A stretch of 64,000 nt of DNA from Candidatus Cloacimonadales bacterium (GTDB lineage: Bacteria > Cloacimonadota > Cloacimonadia > Cloacimonadales > JAIOQZ01): assembly GCA_963674825.1 (NCBI GenBank), contig OY771587.1, forward strand, positions 3,552,001-3,616,000. Reading direction: 5' to 3'. The notes beneath the pieces were generated by a model. That model was not told the origin of the DNA, made no database searches, and saw nothing but the letters and a program-made list of their open reading frames with translations. This document shows positions 1 through 11,354 of the stretch, one piece after another (position 1 is the first letter of the stretch; the number at the start of each line of letters is the position of its first letter). Both the position numbers and the translations under genes were made by a program.

Positions 1-414
1 ATAGATCTTCTCGTTATAGCTGATATTAGCAAATGCCCGGACAATCATGTAGGTCTGACGTCCGATCAAATACAGGCTGAAGAACTGATATCCGCGGAAA
101 TGGGTGGTAATCAATACTGCGACGATCATCAGATCGATCAACATCGACCGGATATACCGTGGAGAAAAATTATGGCCGATCAATCGCATGATCAGGTACC
201 CAACGAAGTAAAGCATCGCCGAGACGGAGGTGATACGAGAGAAGGCCAGGAAGTTCTGATCGTCGGAATAATGATAGCTCAACAGCAGGATCGCAAGGCT
301 GATTAACGCAAAGATATGCAACAAGTGATGCATGGAAGACGCGAGCCGGCTGAAGAAGTCCAGGACGGCCCGAACGCCTTCACGCACGGAATGTCTGTTG
401 TTTTTCTGACTCAT
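1..414 (-). CDS. Polytopic membrane protein, N-terminal 138 aa only (runs off window start; not in ORF track)
   Basis: Manual translation from ATG at 414 (TAATG overlap with adk stop) is open to base 1: MSQKNNRHSVREGVRAVLDFFSRLASSMHHLLHIFALISLAILLLSYHY..., with several hydrophobic segments. Confidence 0.7.
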   Translation of the reverse strand, partial: MSQKNNRHSVREGVRAVLDFFSRLASSMHHLLHIFALISLAILLLSYHYSDDQNFLAFSRITSVSAMLYFVGYLIMRLIGHNFSPRYIRSMLIDLMIVAVLITTHFRGYQFFSLYLIGRQTYMIVRAFANISYNEKIY

Positions 415-1058
415 TAAGAAAGACTGATGTGTCGTTCATTGAGGACGCGCACCACCTCGCGGTGGATCACATCCGGTTTCTGATCGGCATCGATAACCCG
501 CAGCTTGCCTTGTTTGCGGAAATATTCGATCGCCTGATCGGTTTGGTTATGAAAATCCTGGATGCGCTTTGCGATCGCTTCTTCGTTGTCGTCGCTACGC
601 ATCACGAGCTTACCGCCGCAATGATCGCATATGCCTTCGACCTTTGGTTGCCTGAAAAGCACGTTGAAGTCGGCATGACAATTCGTGCATATTCTTCTCG
701 CCAGCAGGCGTTCCATCGATTTCTCGTCGGAGAGCAGAAAAAGAATCGCCAAATCGATGGGATAATGTTTATTGAGATATTCTGCCTGCGCAATGTTGCG
801 CGGGAAGCCGTCCAGCACGAAGCCTTTTGGACAGGTCTCCATTTTTTTATCGATCACATTGAACACTATTTCATCGGGTACCAGCAGTCCGTTTTCAATG
901 AAATAACGAACCTTTTCGCCAGTCTCGGTGCTATGCTTGATATGCCAGCGAAATTCGTCTCCAATGTTGATATGAAAGAGCTCGAAACGCTCCTGCATAA
1001 GTTCTGCCTGAGTACCTTTACCGCTGCCCTGGATTCCCATGAATACCAGATCGACCAT
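414..1058 (-). CDS. adk: Adenylate kinase with Zn-binding LID
   Basis: P-loop GIQGSGKGTQ, LDGFPRN, LID CTNC...CDHC, RSDDNEE; start MVDL at 1058 follows RBS AAGGGAGG. Confidence 0.95.
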   Translation of the reverse strand: MVDLVFMGIQGSGKGTQAELMQERFELFHINIGDEFRWHIKHSTETGEKVRYFIENGLLVPDEIVFNVIDKKMETCPKGFVLDGFPRNIAQAEYLNKHYPIDLAILFLLSDEKSMERLLARRICTNCHADFNVLFRQPKVEGICDHCGGKLVMRSDDNEEAIAKRIQDFHNQTDQAIEYFRKQGKLRVIDADQKPDVIHREVVRVLNERHISLS

Positions 1059-1306
1059 GGTTCCTCCCTTGTAGAATTCATATGAACTCACGTAAAACGA
1101 TAATTTCCACTATATAGCATTAATCGTCAAGTTTTCTGATTAAATATGAATGACAGGCGCGTTGCGTTATGCCAGAAACTCGAATGCACTTACTCGAAAA
1201 TCTAGCTATAGCAAGCGATAAAATGAATCGTTAACCGTCCCTTTATACAGCTCTTAACAATTCTGTGTAATGAGTCATAAAATAAAGATTGTGAGAGGAT
1301 GCTCTT

Positions 1307-3658
1307 ATGGCGAAGGTAGATATGCATGTTCACAGTAAGTATTCCGAACATCCTTCGGAATGGTTTCTACAGCGGCTCGGAGCTGCGGAGTCATACACGG
1401 ATCCGCAAGTTCTTTATCAGAATATGAAGAAACGCGGAATGGATTATATAACCGTTACAGACCACAACCGCATCGACGGTGCCTTGCTCTTGAAAGAAGC
1501 CTATCCAAACGAAGTAATCGTCGGCATTGAAGCTACTACCTATTTTCCGGAAGACGGCTGTAAAATTCACGTCCTTATTTACGGGCTTAACCAGGAGCAT
1601 TTCGAGAATATCCAGATACAACGTGTGAATATCTACAAGCTTCAGAAATATCTGGTTGAAGAAAATCTTGTTCACGCTGTGGCGCATCCCACCTACAACA
1701 TCAACGGCAAGCTGACAGTGGAGCACCTCGAAAAGCTCATATTGCTTTTCAATGTGTTCGAAGGGATCAACGGTGGTCGAAATGAATTGCATAACGACGC
1801 CTGGATGAACACCGTTCGTCACCTTACACCGTCGCATATCGAAAAGCTCTCCGAGAAGCACAATATCCAGGCCACAGGAGATAAACCATGGATCAAGGGC
1901 CTTATCGCAGGCTCTGACGACCACGCAGCCCTCTTTATGGGACAGACTTTCACCACCGCGACCGCGAAAAAACCTGAAGAATTTCTCGATGAGGTCAGAA
2001 ACCGGCGTTCGCAGGCTAATGGACGCAGCAACAACTTCCAGGCGTTCATCTTCACCCTCTACAAGATCGCCTGGGAATTCTATCGCTCCCGCAGTGGGGA
2101 ACTCTCTCGCAGCTTGATCGACCGTATTGGCGCAAGTCTGTTCGAAAATCGTTCGCTAGGTATCCTGGAACGTTGGAAATTGCGTCGCATCAAAACGGAA
2201 GTATACACATCGAACATCGAGTTCCAAAATAAGCTCCATGACATGGTAGAGTTGCTCAATAACCCAAAATCGGAAGACATCGAAGAAAAGCTTCACCTTC
2301 TTTACAACAAGCTTGCCGACATCGTAGATTCTTTCTTCTCTATCCTCTTCTATTCGTTCGAAAAAGATGTACGAAATGGTAACCTGCTCAAGATCGTTCG
2401 GAATATCTCATCTGCGATACCAGGCGTTTTTATGACATTACCGTTCTTCAGCAGCATCTGGCATCTCTACAAAGGACGTGACATGCTGATCGATTTGCAA
2501 TCACGCTTCGATTGCACGCCTTACACATCCGGCAAGCGCATTCTGTGGTTCACCGATACACTCGACGACCTCAACGGCGTCGCCATGACACTCAACAAGG
2601 TGTTGGAAATCTCGCGCAAAAAAAACTACCCTGTTACGGTTGTCAGTTCGCAGGTGAGTCGTGATGACGAGGATCATTACATTAACCTGCCGCAGGTTTA
2701 TAGCTTCGATCTGCCCTATTACGAGTCCTACCACATCTGCATTCCGTCATTCTTAAGGGCAATCGACCTTATTTACAATTACCGCCCGGACAAGATCATT
2801 ATCAGCACGCCGGGGCCAGTCGGGTTGATCGGGTTTGCTGTCGCCAAGATGATGCAAGTTGAGTGCGTGGGCGTCTATCACACCGATTTCACCGCGCAGG
2901 TCTCTGCGATCCAGGAAGACGAAGGCTTGGGCGGATTGATCGAGGAACTGTCGCACAGATTCTATCAGATGATGGACGAAGTGCGCGTTCCCACCAATGC
3001 ATATATCAACCTCCTTTCCGAGCGTGGAATCGAGCGAAACAAGATGAAATTTTTCCCGCGCGGACTGGAGACAGAGCTTTTCTCGCCGCGCAAACACTCG
3101 CGAACCTGGCTCCAGCACGAATACAAGCTCCAGGAAGGCTTTTACATGCTCTACACGGGACGTATCTCGCGTGATAAAGACCTCGACGTGATTCTCTACA
3201 CCTTCCATGTCCTTGAAAAGAAATACCCCAATATTTACCTCCTGATGGCTGGCGAAGGGCCGCACCGCAAGGAGTTCATGTCGCACTACAACAGCGATCG
3301 CATCGTATGGCTGGGACGCATGAACCGCGAGACGCTCCCCGACTTCTACTCAGGCTGCGACCTCATGCTCTTCCCAAGCACCACCGATACCTTCGGGATG
3401 TCTGTCCTTGAAGCACAGTCTTGCGGACTTCCTGCGCTGGTAAGCAGCCAGGGAGGTCCCAGGGAGATTATAATCGATGGCGAAAGCGGTTATGTGATGC
3501 CAGATACCTTCCCTGAAACGTGGAAAGCGAAAATTGAAGAGCTGATTAACATGAAAAAAGGAACCCCGGAACAACTGGATGACATGCGTAAAGTATCCCG
3601 TGAGAACGCAATCAATAAAGCAAGTTGGGAACGCTTTTTCGAAAGCTTTGTGGAGTAA
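1307..3658 (+). CDS. PHP-domain phosphoesterase fused to GT4 glycosyltransferase
   Basis: N-terminal DMHVHS, TDHN, AHP, GSDDH (PHP motifs); C-terminal YTGRISRDKD, PSTTDTFGMSVLEAQSCGLP (GT-B, GT4). Confidence 0.85.
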   Translation: MAKVDMHVHSKYSEHPSEWFLQRLGAAESYTDPQVLYQNMKKRGMDYITVTDHNRIDGALLLKEAYPNEVIVGIEATTYFPEDGCKIHVLIYGLNQEHFENIQIQRVNIYKLQKYLVEENLVHAVAHPTYNINGKLTVEHLEKLILLFNVFEGINGGRNELHNDAWMNTVRHLTPSHIEKLSEKHNIQATGDKPWIKGLIAGSDDHAALFMGQTFTTATAKKPEEFLDEVRNRRSQANGRSNNFQAFIFTLYKIAWEFYRSRSGELSRSLIDRIGASLFENRSLGILERWKLRRIKTEVYTSNIEFQNKLHDMVELLNNPKSEDIEEKLHLLYNKLADIVDSFFSILFYSFEKDVRNGNLLKIVRNISSAIPGVFMTLPFFSSIWHLYKGRDMLIDLQSRFDCTPYTSGKRILWFTDTLDDLNGVAMTLNKVLEISRKKNYPVTVVSSQVSRDDEDHYINLPQVYSFDLPYYESYHICIPSFLRAIDLIYNYRPDKIIISTPGPVGLIGFAVAKMMQVECVGVYHTDFTAQVSAIQEDEGLGGLIEELSHRFYQMMDEVRVPTNAYINLLSERGIERNKMKFFPRGLETELFSPRKHSRTWLQHEYKLQEGFYMLYTGRISRDKDLDVILYTFHVLEKKYPNIYLLMAGEGPHRKEFMSHYNSDRIVWLGRMNRETLPDFYSGCDLMLFPSTTDTFGMSVLEAQSCGLPALVSSQGGPREIIIDGESGYVMPDTFPETWKAKIEELINMKKGTPEQLDDMRKVSRENAINKASWERFFESFVE

Positions 3659-4415
3659 TTCAAACCTAAAATACTGCTGATGGGCAGGAACAGAGACCTT
3701 ATTCAGTGTCATGCTGCGTTGTGAGTTCTGCGAAGCAGCATGACATCAACATCGGCAAGGTTCCACTTATGCAGGACGCATATCTGTCCAAACAACCGGA
3801 GCCAAATCTACTAAACCAACTAATGCGCCCTTTACACCCGGTATGGATCTACTCATGCTTTCTTTCAGGATCAATGATATGTCTGATCATCGGGTACTTA
3901 TCAGTGGGAGGAGACCCTTTTCCCTTGTCAGTCTTTATGTACAATTTGTACCATGATTTGCTTTCTATTATTGTGCTGTAGATTTTATCTGTAAAAATTT
4001 CATCACTTTTTGTATTTGTGTTGACTTGACAGCTCTCTCATACAGGAAGAGCTTCACGAGACATGGCTATGCGATGTTTGCTCTGCATTTGCTGCTCATA
4101 ATAATCTGCTGGTATTACCGTGCAAAGAAGTGTACTGCCGGAAAACAAGCATACTGGAAGAATTGCTATCGTGACAATCGGTATTTTGCTGGTATTTTTC
4201 ATTGTATCCTCCATATCTTGAAGTAGATGTAATGCTCATTTAGTATGCTTCTACTCCGCAAGGCATCCTCCCTGCAATTGAAATCCATTTGTGCAGAATA
4301 TTAATGTTCTTTCAAGGTGTGTCAAGATCGTAATCAGATTTCGCCCAGGTCCAATTTCCCTTGACACCTCGGGCCTTCATAAAAAACATTAGAAAAAAAT
4401 ACCCTTGGAGGATCC

Positions 4416-5714
4416 ATGAACACTTTGTTTCGCATCATCGCGGTTATGGCGGCACTGAGTCTGCTGTTCGCTTGTTCCAATACATCCACCAACTTCGATC
4501 AGGACAACGACAATAACGGTCGGGTCGTCGGAAGCATTCACGGAGTTGTCTCGGATACCAATACCGGCGCAAGACTCAAAGACATCACCATCACCTACGC
4601 CGTGAAAGGCAAGATTTACACCACCAAGACCAACGACCTCGGCTATTACGCCGTCAATAGTCTCCCGTCGGGCTCCTATGAGCTTACCTTCTCAGGAAAC
4701 AGTGCTTATGCAATCAGCAGATCGTTCATCGTTATCCCGGATCTCGAAGACATCGGCATCTCGGATATCCCCACCAACGACGATTTCGAATACTCCGTAA
4801 CGCAGGATCGCGGCCTTTATACGCTGGATGCTACCGTTAACGGCACAATCATGGCGTTTGTTAACGGCCAGGAGATTTCAGACCTTACCGGTATACGCGT
4901 GATTGCCGACTACGGAATATACAGCTTCGCTCCGGACATCTACACCACCTACACGGATAGCGACGGTGTGTTTGCCTTTGCAGGCCTTCCGTCCACCGGC
5001 GAATTTTCGCTGCAGATCGATTCCTGGACTGATGGAACCCATACATTCGCTGCGCAGGATATTACCGTATATCCGGTTGTTTCAGGCGTTCTCAACCTCG
5101 AACCCATCTATCTGGATGTGGTCGCGGAAGAGGTTAACGTTGTCTCCAGCAACCTGTATGAATTCCCTATCACCGGCACCATCGAGATTACCTTCAATCA
5201 GTCGATTGCCCCGGATTACTTCGATGTTGAACTGGTAAACCAATCTGGCGGAATCGTAGATATCAGCTCTATCGAATGGACCTCTTCGACCCACGTGACT
5301 ATCGATCCTGACGAAGCGCTGCTTCTCGACCATACTTACGATCTCAACATCGATGGCATGACCGTCAACGCGAACGATTTCGTGTGGAATACTCAGTTCA
5401 TTACACAGCCGGGAATCATGATCGAAAGTACCAACATGGAGCTCTACGATGGTTATTACCAGATCACACCGAACAAAAGTATCGTGATTAACTTCACAGA
5501 GCAGGTGCTTCTCGGCTCGGCAAACAATGTGCTGGATATCACCGATTACCCCAACCCGATTATGAGCTGGTCGAACAACAACAAGACTCTGACCGTCACG
5601 CCACCGGACGATGGATATCAGACGAGTACCATCACTGTCGATATGGAATTCTTCTCGGTACTGGCTCCGTATGACTCGGTCGCCATGATCTACATGGTAG
5701 ACATCGCCGAATAA
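4416..5714 (+). CDS. Lipoprotein with carboxypeptidase-regulatory-like and Ig-like beta domains
   Basis: Lipobox LFAC; GSIHGVVSD...TNDLGYY...LPSGSYELTF; ITFNQSI / INFTEQV Ig-like segments; RBS GGAGG. Confidence 0.7.
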   Translation: MNTLFRIIAVMAALSLLFACSNTSTNFDQDNDNNGRVVGSIHGVVSDTNTGARLKDITITYAVKGKIYTTKTNDLGYYAVNSLPSGSYELTFSGNSAYAISRSFIVIPDLEDIGISDIPTNDDFEYSVTQDRGLYTLDATVNGTIMAFVNGQEISDLTGIRVIADYGIYSFAPDIYTTYTDSDGVFAFAGLPSTGEFSLQIDSWTDGTHTFAAQDITVYPVVSGVLNLEPIYLDVVAEEVNVVSSNLYEFPITGTIEITFNQSIAPDYFDVELVNQSGGIVDISSIEWTSSTHVTIDPDEALLLDHTYDLNIDGMTVNANDFVWNTQFITQPGIMIESTNMELYDGYYQITPNKSIVINFTEQVLLGSANNVLDITDYPNPIMSWSNNNKTLTVTPPDDGYQTSTITVDMEFFSVLAPYDSVAMIYMVDIAE

Positions 5715-5728
5715 AAGCCCTTTTCACT

Positions 5729-5757
5729 AAACCGCTCCTCACCCGGGGAGCGGTTTT
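5729..5757 (+). terminator. Intrinsic terminator
   Basis: AAACCGCTCC-loop-GGAGCGGTTTT just after stop at 5714. Confidence 0.8.
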
Positions 5758-5842
5758 CTATTACTCCGGTTATTATCTTTTCATTGACAAATCGAAAGCG
5801 ATTCCAATAAAATCCAATCCATGAAGTAATCTGGAGGAATGC

Positions 5843-6352
5843 ATGAAGAGGCACAAAGCCATCCTGTTTCTTATCGTATTGGGAACGTTGATATTCGGTT
5901 CACTCAACGCCATAAACAAAATCGAGAAGGTGTCTGTTACCGAAAATTATTTCGCGGTTCAGGAGGACGATGTTGTCTCAATCTACAGCATGAATTGCCA
6001 GATTCTTGGATCGAAGGACTTCTTCCTTGTCGAGCAGTTCTGGTATGAAAAATACTACATTGTGACTCTCAAGGATCACCAGCTCATTTTTTACAACACA
6101 CAGCTCAGCGAACTGGGTAAGCTCGATGTCTTCAACGCTGATGAATACTGGTTTCGTGACCAGTATATCGTGATTAAAACCGGCGATAATCTAACTACGT
6201 ACGACCTGAACCTCAATCGGCTCGGGTCGCGAAGCGCGTTTTTCGCCGATAACATCTACATGTATCCGGATCGCATCGTGATGCAGACCGCCGACCGCTA
6301 TACCGTTTACGACCTGACATTCAGGGAAATCTGCTCCAAAGAATTCTTCTGA
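5843..6352 (+). CDS. Secreted hypothetical protein made of four ~36-aa repeats
   Basis: Signal peptide MKRHKAILFLIVLG...; RBS GGAGG; internal repeats visible. Confidence 0.75.
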   Translation: MKRHKAILFLIVLGTLIFGSLNAINKIEKVSVTENYFAVQEDDVVSIYSMNCQILGSKDFFLVEQFWYEKYYIVTLKDHQLIFYNTQLSELGKLDVFNADEYWFRDQYIVIKTGDNLTTYDLNLNRLGSRSAFFADNIYMYPDRIVMQTADRYTVYDLTFREICSKEFF

Positions 6353-6368
6353 TCGCAAGGAGGCGAGA

Positions 6369-6686
6369 ATGCCTGGGGAACTTACTACTATTGAGCAAAA
6401 GATGGTCAAGAAGATCTATAATGGTAAGAAGCTGAGATCCATCTATCTGATCATTTCTGCTTGTTCAATGATTGCAGGTATTTACTTTATCATACGTGCA
6501 GTTAGAATTCTCTATTTTGGCGTGGAAACAACAATGTCTTACGAAACCGTTCGATATTCATTTTCATTGGCCATTTTTTTAGTTGTGATCGCATTTACAC
6601 TTTATGAACGTGCTCAAGAGCTCTTTGTTATGTCATCAATCCTAAAAAAACTAATACCATCTGAAGAGGAGAAAGACAAACCTTGA
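6369..6686 (+). CDS. Small two-TM membrane protein
   Basis: RBS AAGGAGG; two hydrophobic helices. Confidence 0.6.
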   Translation: MPGELTTIEQKMVKKIYNGKKLRSIYLIISACSMIAGIYFIIRAVRILYFGVETTMSYETVRYSFSLAIFLVVIAFTLYERAQELFVMSSILKKLIPSEEEKDKP

Positions 6687-7288
6687 CCCGTCTTCGTAAT
6701 TTCATCATCAATTCATTCATTGGCGGTATCCTTGTACTGCTGCCGCTGGTTGTAACCGGATCGATCATTGTGTGGATCATCATCCGGCTCGTACATATCA
6801 TCCGGCCGATCGTTGGAATCCTTGGCACCGATTCGAGGCTCGAGATCGCGCTGGCCTACCTCATCGTCATTGCAGGATTTCTTTTAATCTGCTTCATGAT
6901 CGGCGCAACAGTGAGAACTCGTTCCGGTACACGTTTGCATACGTTTCTGGAAAAACACCTTTTCAATCGCTTTCCCGGCTACAAGCTGATAACCGAGACG
7001 ATCAAGCTGCTTTTCGGCGACCGCAAGTTCCTCTTCTCTCGCGTCGCGCTCATCCAGCTCTACGAAAACAGTACGTATGTAACAGGTTACATTACCGACG
7101 AACACCCGAGCGGTCTTGTAACCGTATTCGTACCTACAGGCCCCAACCCCACTTCCGGCATGATCTATCACGTACAGAAACAGTATGTTCACCCGATTGA
7201 ATCCAAATCTGAAGAAACGATCAAAACGATCCTCAGTTGTGGTGCCGGCTCGAGCAAGTTGATCGATAAACTGAACCAACCTGAGTAA
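6683..7288 (+). CDS. DUF502 family membrane protein
   Basis: GGILVLLPLVVT; TVFVPTGPNPTSG signature. Confidence 0.85.
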   Translation: MTRLRNFIINSFIGGILVLLPLVVTGSIIVWIIIRLVHIIRPIVGILGTDSRLEIALAYLIVIAGFLLICFMIGATVRTRSGTRLHTFLEKHLFNRFPGYKLITETIKLLFGDRKFLFSRVALIQLYENSTYVTGYITDEHPSGLVTVFVPTGPNPTSGMIYHVQKQYVHPIESKSEETIKTILSCGAGSSKLIDKLNQPE

Positions 7289-7364
7289 CGCAAGACTGCA
7301 TGCTGTGCAAGCAGTTCGATCTCGAAGATACTCATTGCGCTTCGTCTGAAAGAAAGGAGATACC

Positions 7365-8552
7365 ATGAAATATTTTGCATTTCTTGTAGCGGCATTCATG
7401 ACATTGTGCCTGAATGCGTCGGATCTTACACAATGGGCGGACAGCACCAACGCTTTTTCCGCAGGATTATACCGGCAGATCAGCGAACCGGGTAAGAACC
7501 TGATTTATTCACCCTACAGCATCTCGTCAGCGCTCTCCATGACTTCCCTGGGTGCGCTGGGCGAAACCCGGGATGAAATGCAGAAGGTGCTTCATTCGGG
7601 CAGCGAGAGCTACAATCAGTCTTTCGGAACCGTATTCAAGACGCTGGAGTCGGTCGGAAAATTCGGCAACGTATCGCTCAATATCGCCAATTCAATCTGG
7701 GTGGAGAAAGAATACCGGCTGCGTCAGCGTTTCATCGACGCCAATCGCAAATATTATAACGCAGGACTATACTCGGTTGAGTTCAGCAAGAACCCCGAGA
7801 AGGCACGCAAAAAAATTAATGGCTGGATCGAAGAGCAGACCAACGACAAGATCAGGGATATGCTGGCGGAGAACGACCTCAGCCCGGTTACAAGACTTGT
7901 TCTGGCAAACGCCGTGTACTTCTACGGTCACTGGCTGCATGGGTTCGATCCCAATAAGACGGCAGACCAGAGCTTCTTCCCCACCGCCACCGATGAAATC
8001 TCAGCCCCGTTCATGCACATCAAAGAGCGCTTCCGCACACGCAGCGATAACATGATGACCGCGCTCGAAATTCAATATCTGGGTGAAGACGTCTCCATGA
8101 TTATCGTGCTGCCCAGGGAAAAAGACGGCCTCGCAAAGCTCGAAGAACGCATCGACTACCTGCGCGAATGGCTTCCCGTGAAAGATGTTGATCTCCGCCG
8201 CGAGATGAATGTCTATGTTCCGCGTTTCAAGTTCGAGGCATCGTTCAACCTGCGTGACGCGCTTATGGCGATGGGTATGGAGAAGGCGTTCACGGATCAG
8301 GCGGATTTCCGTGAGATCGAGCCCAACGGCGAGCTGTTCATCTCCCGGGTGAAGCACAAGGCATTCATTGAAGTGAACGAAGCCGGCACCGAAGCTGCAG
8401 CGGCGACGGTGGTAGAGATGCGACTCAAATCGGCTGCCGTACCGGAACAGACACCTGAATTCAGAGCCGATCACCCGTTTCTGTTTGTTATCAGACACAA
8501 TTTCACAGGCGCGATCCTGTTTGTGGGTAAGGTAGAGAATCCTCTGCAATAA
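7365..8552 (+). CDS. Secreted serpin (serine protease inhibitor)
   Basis: NLIYSPYSISSAL, LVLANAVYFYG.W, hinge EVNEAGTEAAAAT, FRADHPFLFVIR; signal peptide. Confidence 0.95.
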   Translation: MKYFAFLVAAFMTLCLNASDLTQWADSTNAFSAGLYRQISEPGKNLIYSPYSISSALSMTSLGALGETRDEMQKVLHSGSESYNQSFGTVFKTLESVGKFGNVSLNIANSIWVEKEYRLRQRFIDANRKYYNAGLYSVEFSKNPEKARKKINGWIEEQTNDKIRDMLAENDLSPVTRLVLANAVYFYGHWLHGFDPNKTADQSFFPTATDEISAPFMHIKERFRTRSDNMMTALEIQYLGEDVSMIIVLPREKDGLAKLEERIDYLREWLPVKDVDLRREMNVYVPRFKFEASFNLRDALMAMGMEKAFTDQADFREIEPNGELFISRVKHKAFIEVNEAGTEAAAATVVEMRLKSAAVPEQTPEFRADHPFLFVIRHNFTGAILFVGKVENPLQ

Positions 8553-8638
8553 ATTGCGAGCCATCCATGTTTTGCTGTAGGGGCAGGTCCCTGTGCCTGC
8601 CCTCTTGAAGAGCCAAGAGAGAAAAAATCGGAAGTTGA

Positions 8639-11163
<2,525 letters not shown>

Positions 11164-11214
11164 CAAAGAAACAGCAGAAGAATGGGCAATCACAGTGGAT
11201 TGTCCCTAAAGGAA

Positions 11215-11352
11215 TTTCGTTTTCACTTCGTGAAAGCCGATGTTCCACTAACATGACTTTTTTTCGCGGAATCCAGCGATCCACTCTCGCTATTTCGCTT
11301 GGCGAAAGGCTTTCGTTCGAAGTTTTCGTTTTCACTTCGTGAAAGCCGAAAA
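11215..11352. repeat. Two 26-bp palindromic direct repeats (REP-like); second may act as a bidirectional terminator
   Basis: TTTCGTTTTCACTTCGTGAAAGCCGA at 11215-11240 and 11324-11349, core hairpin TTTCAC-TTC-GTGAAA, between convergent genes. Confidence 0.75.
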
Positions 11353-11354
11353 TA

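Noticed and set aside
3706..4226. Two short hydrophobic ORFs, possibly a decayed membrane-protein gene
   Set aside because: No clear RBS or recognisable homology; cannot be supported as CDS or pseudogene
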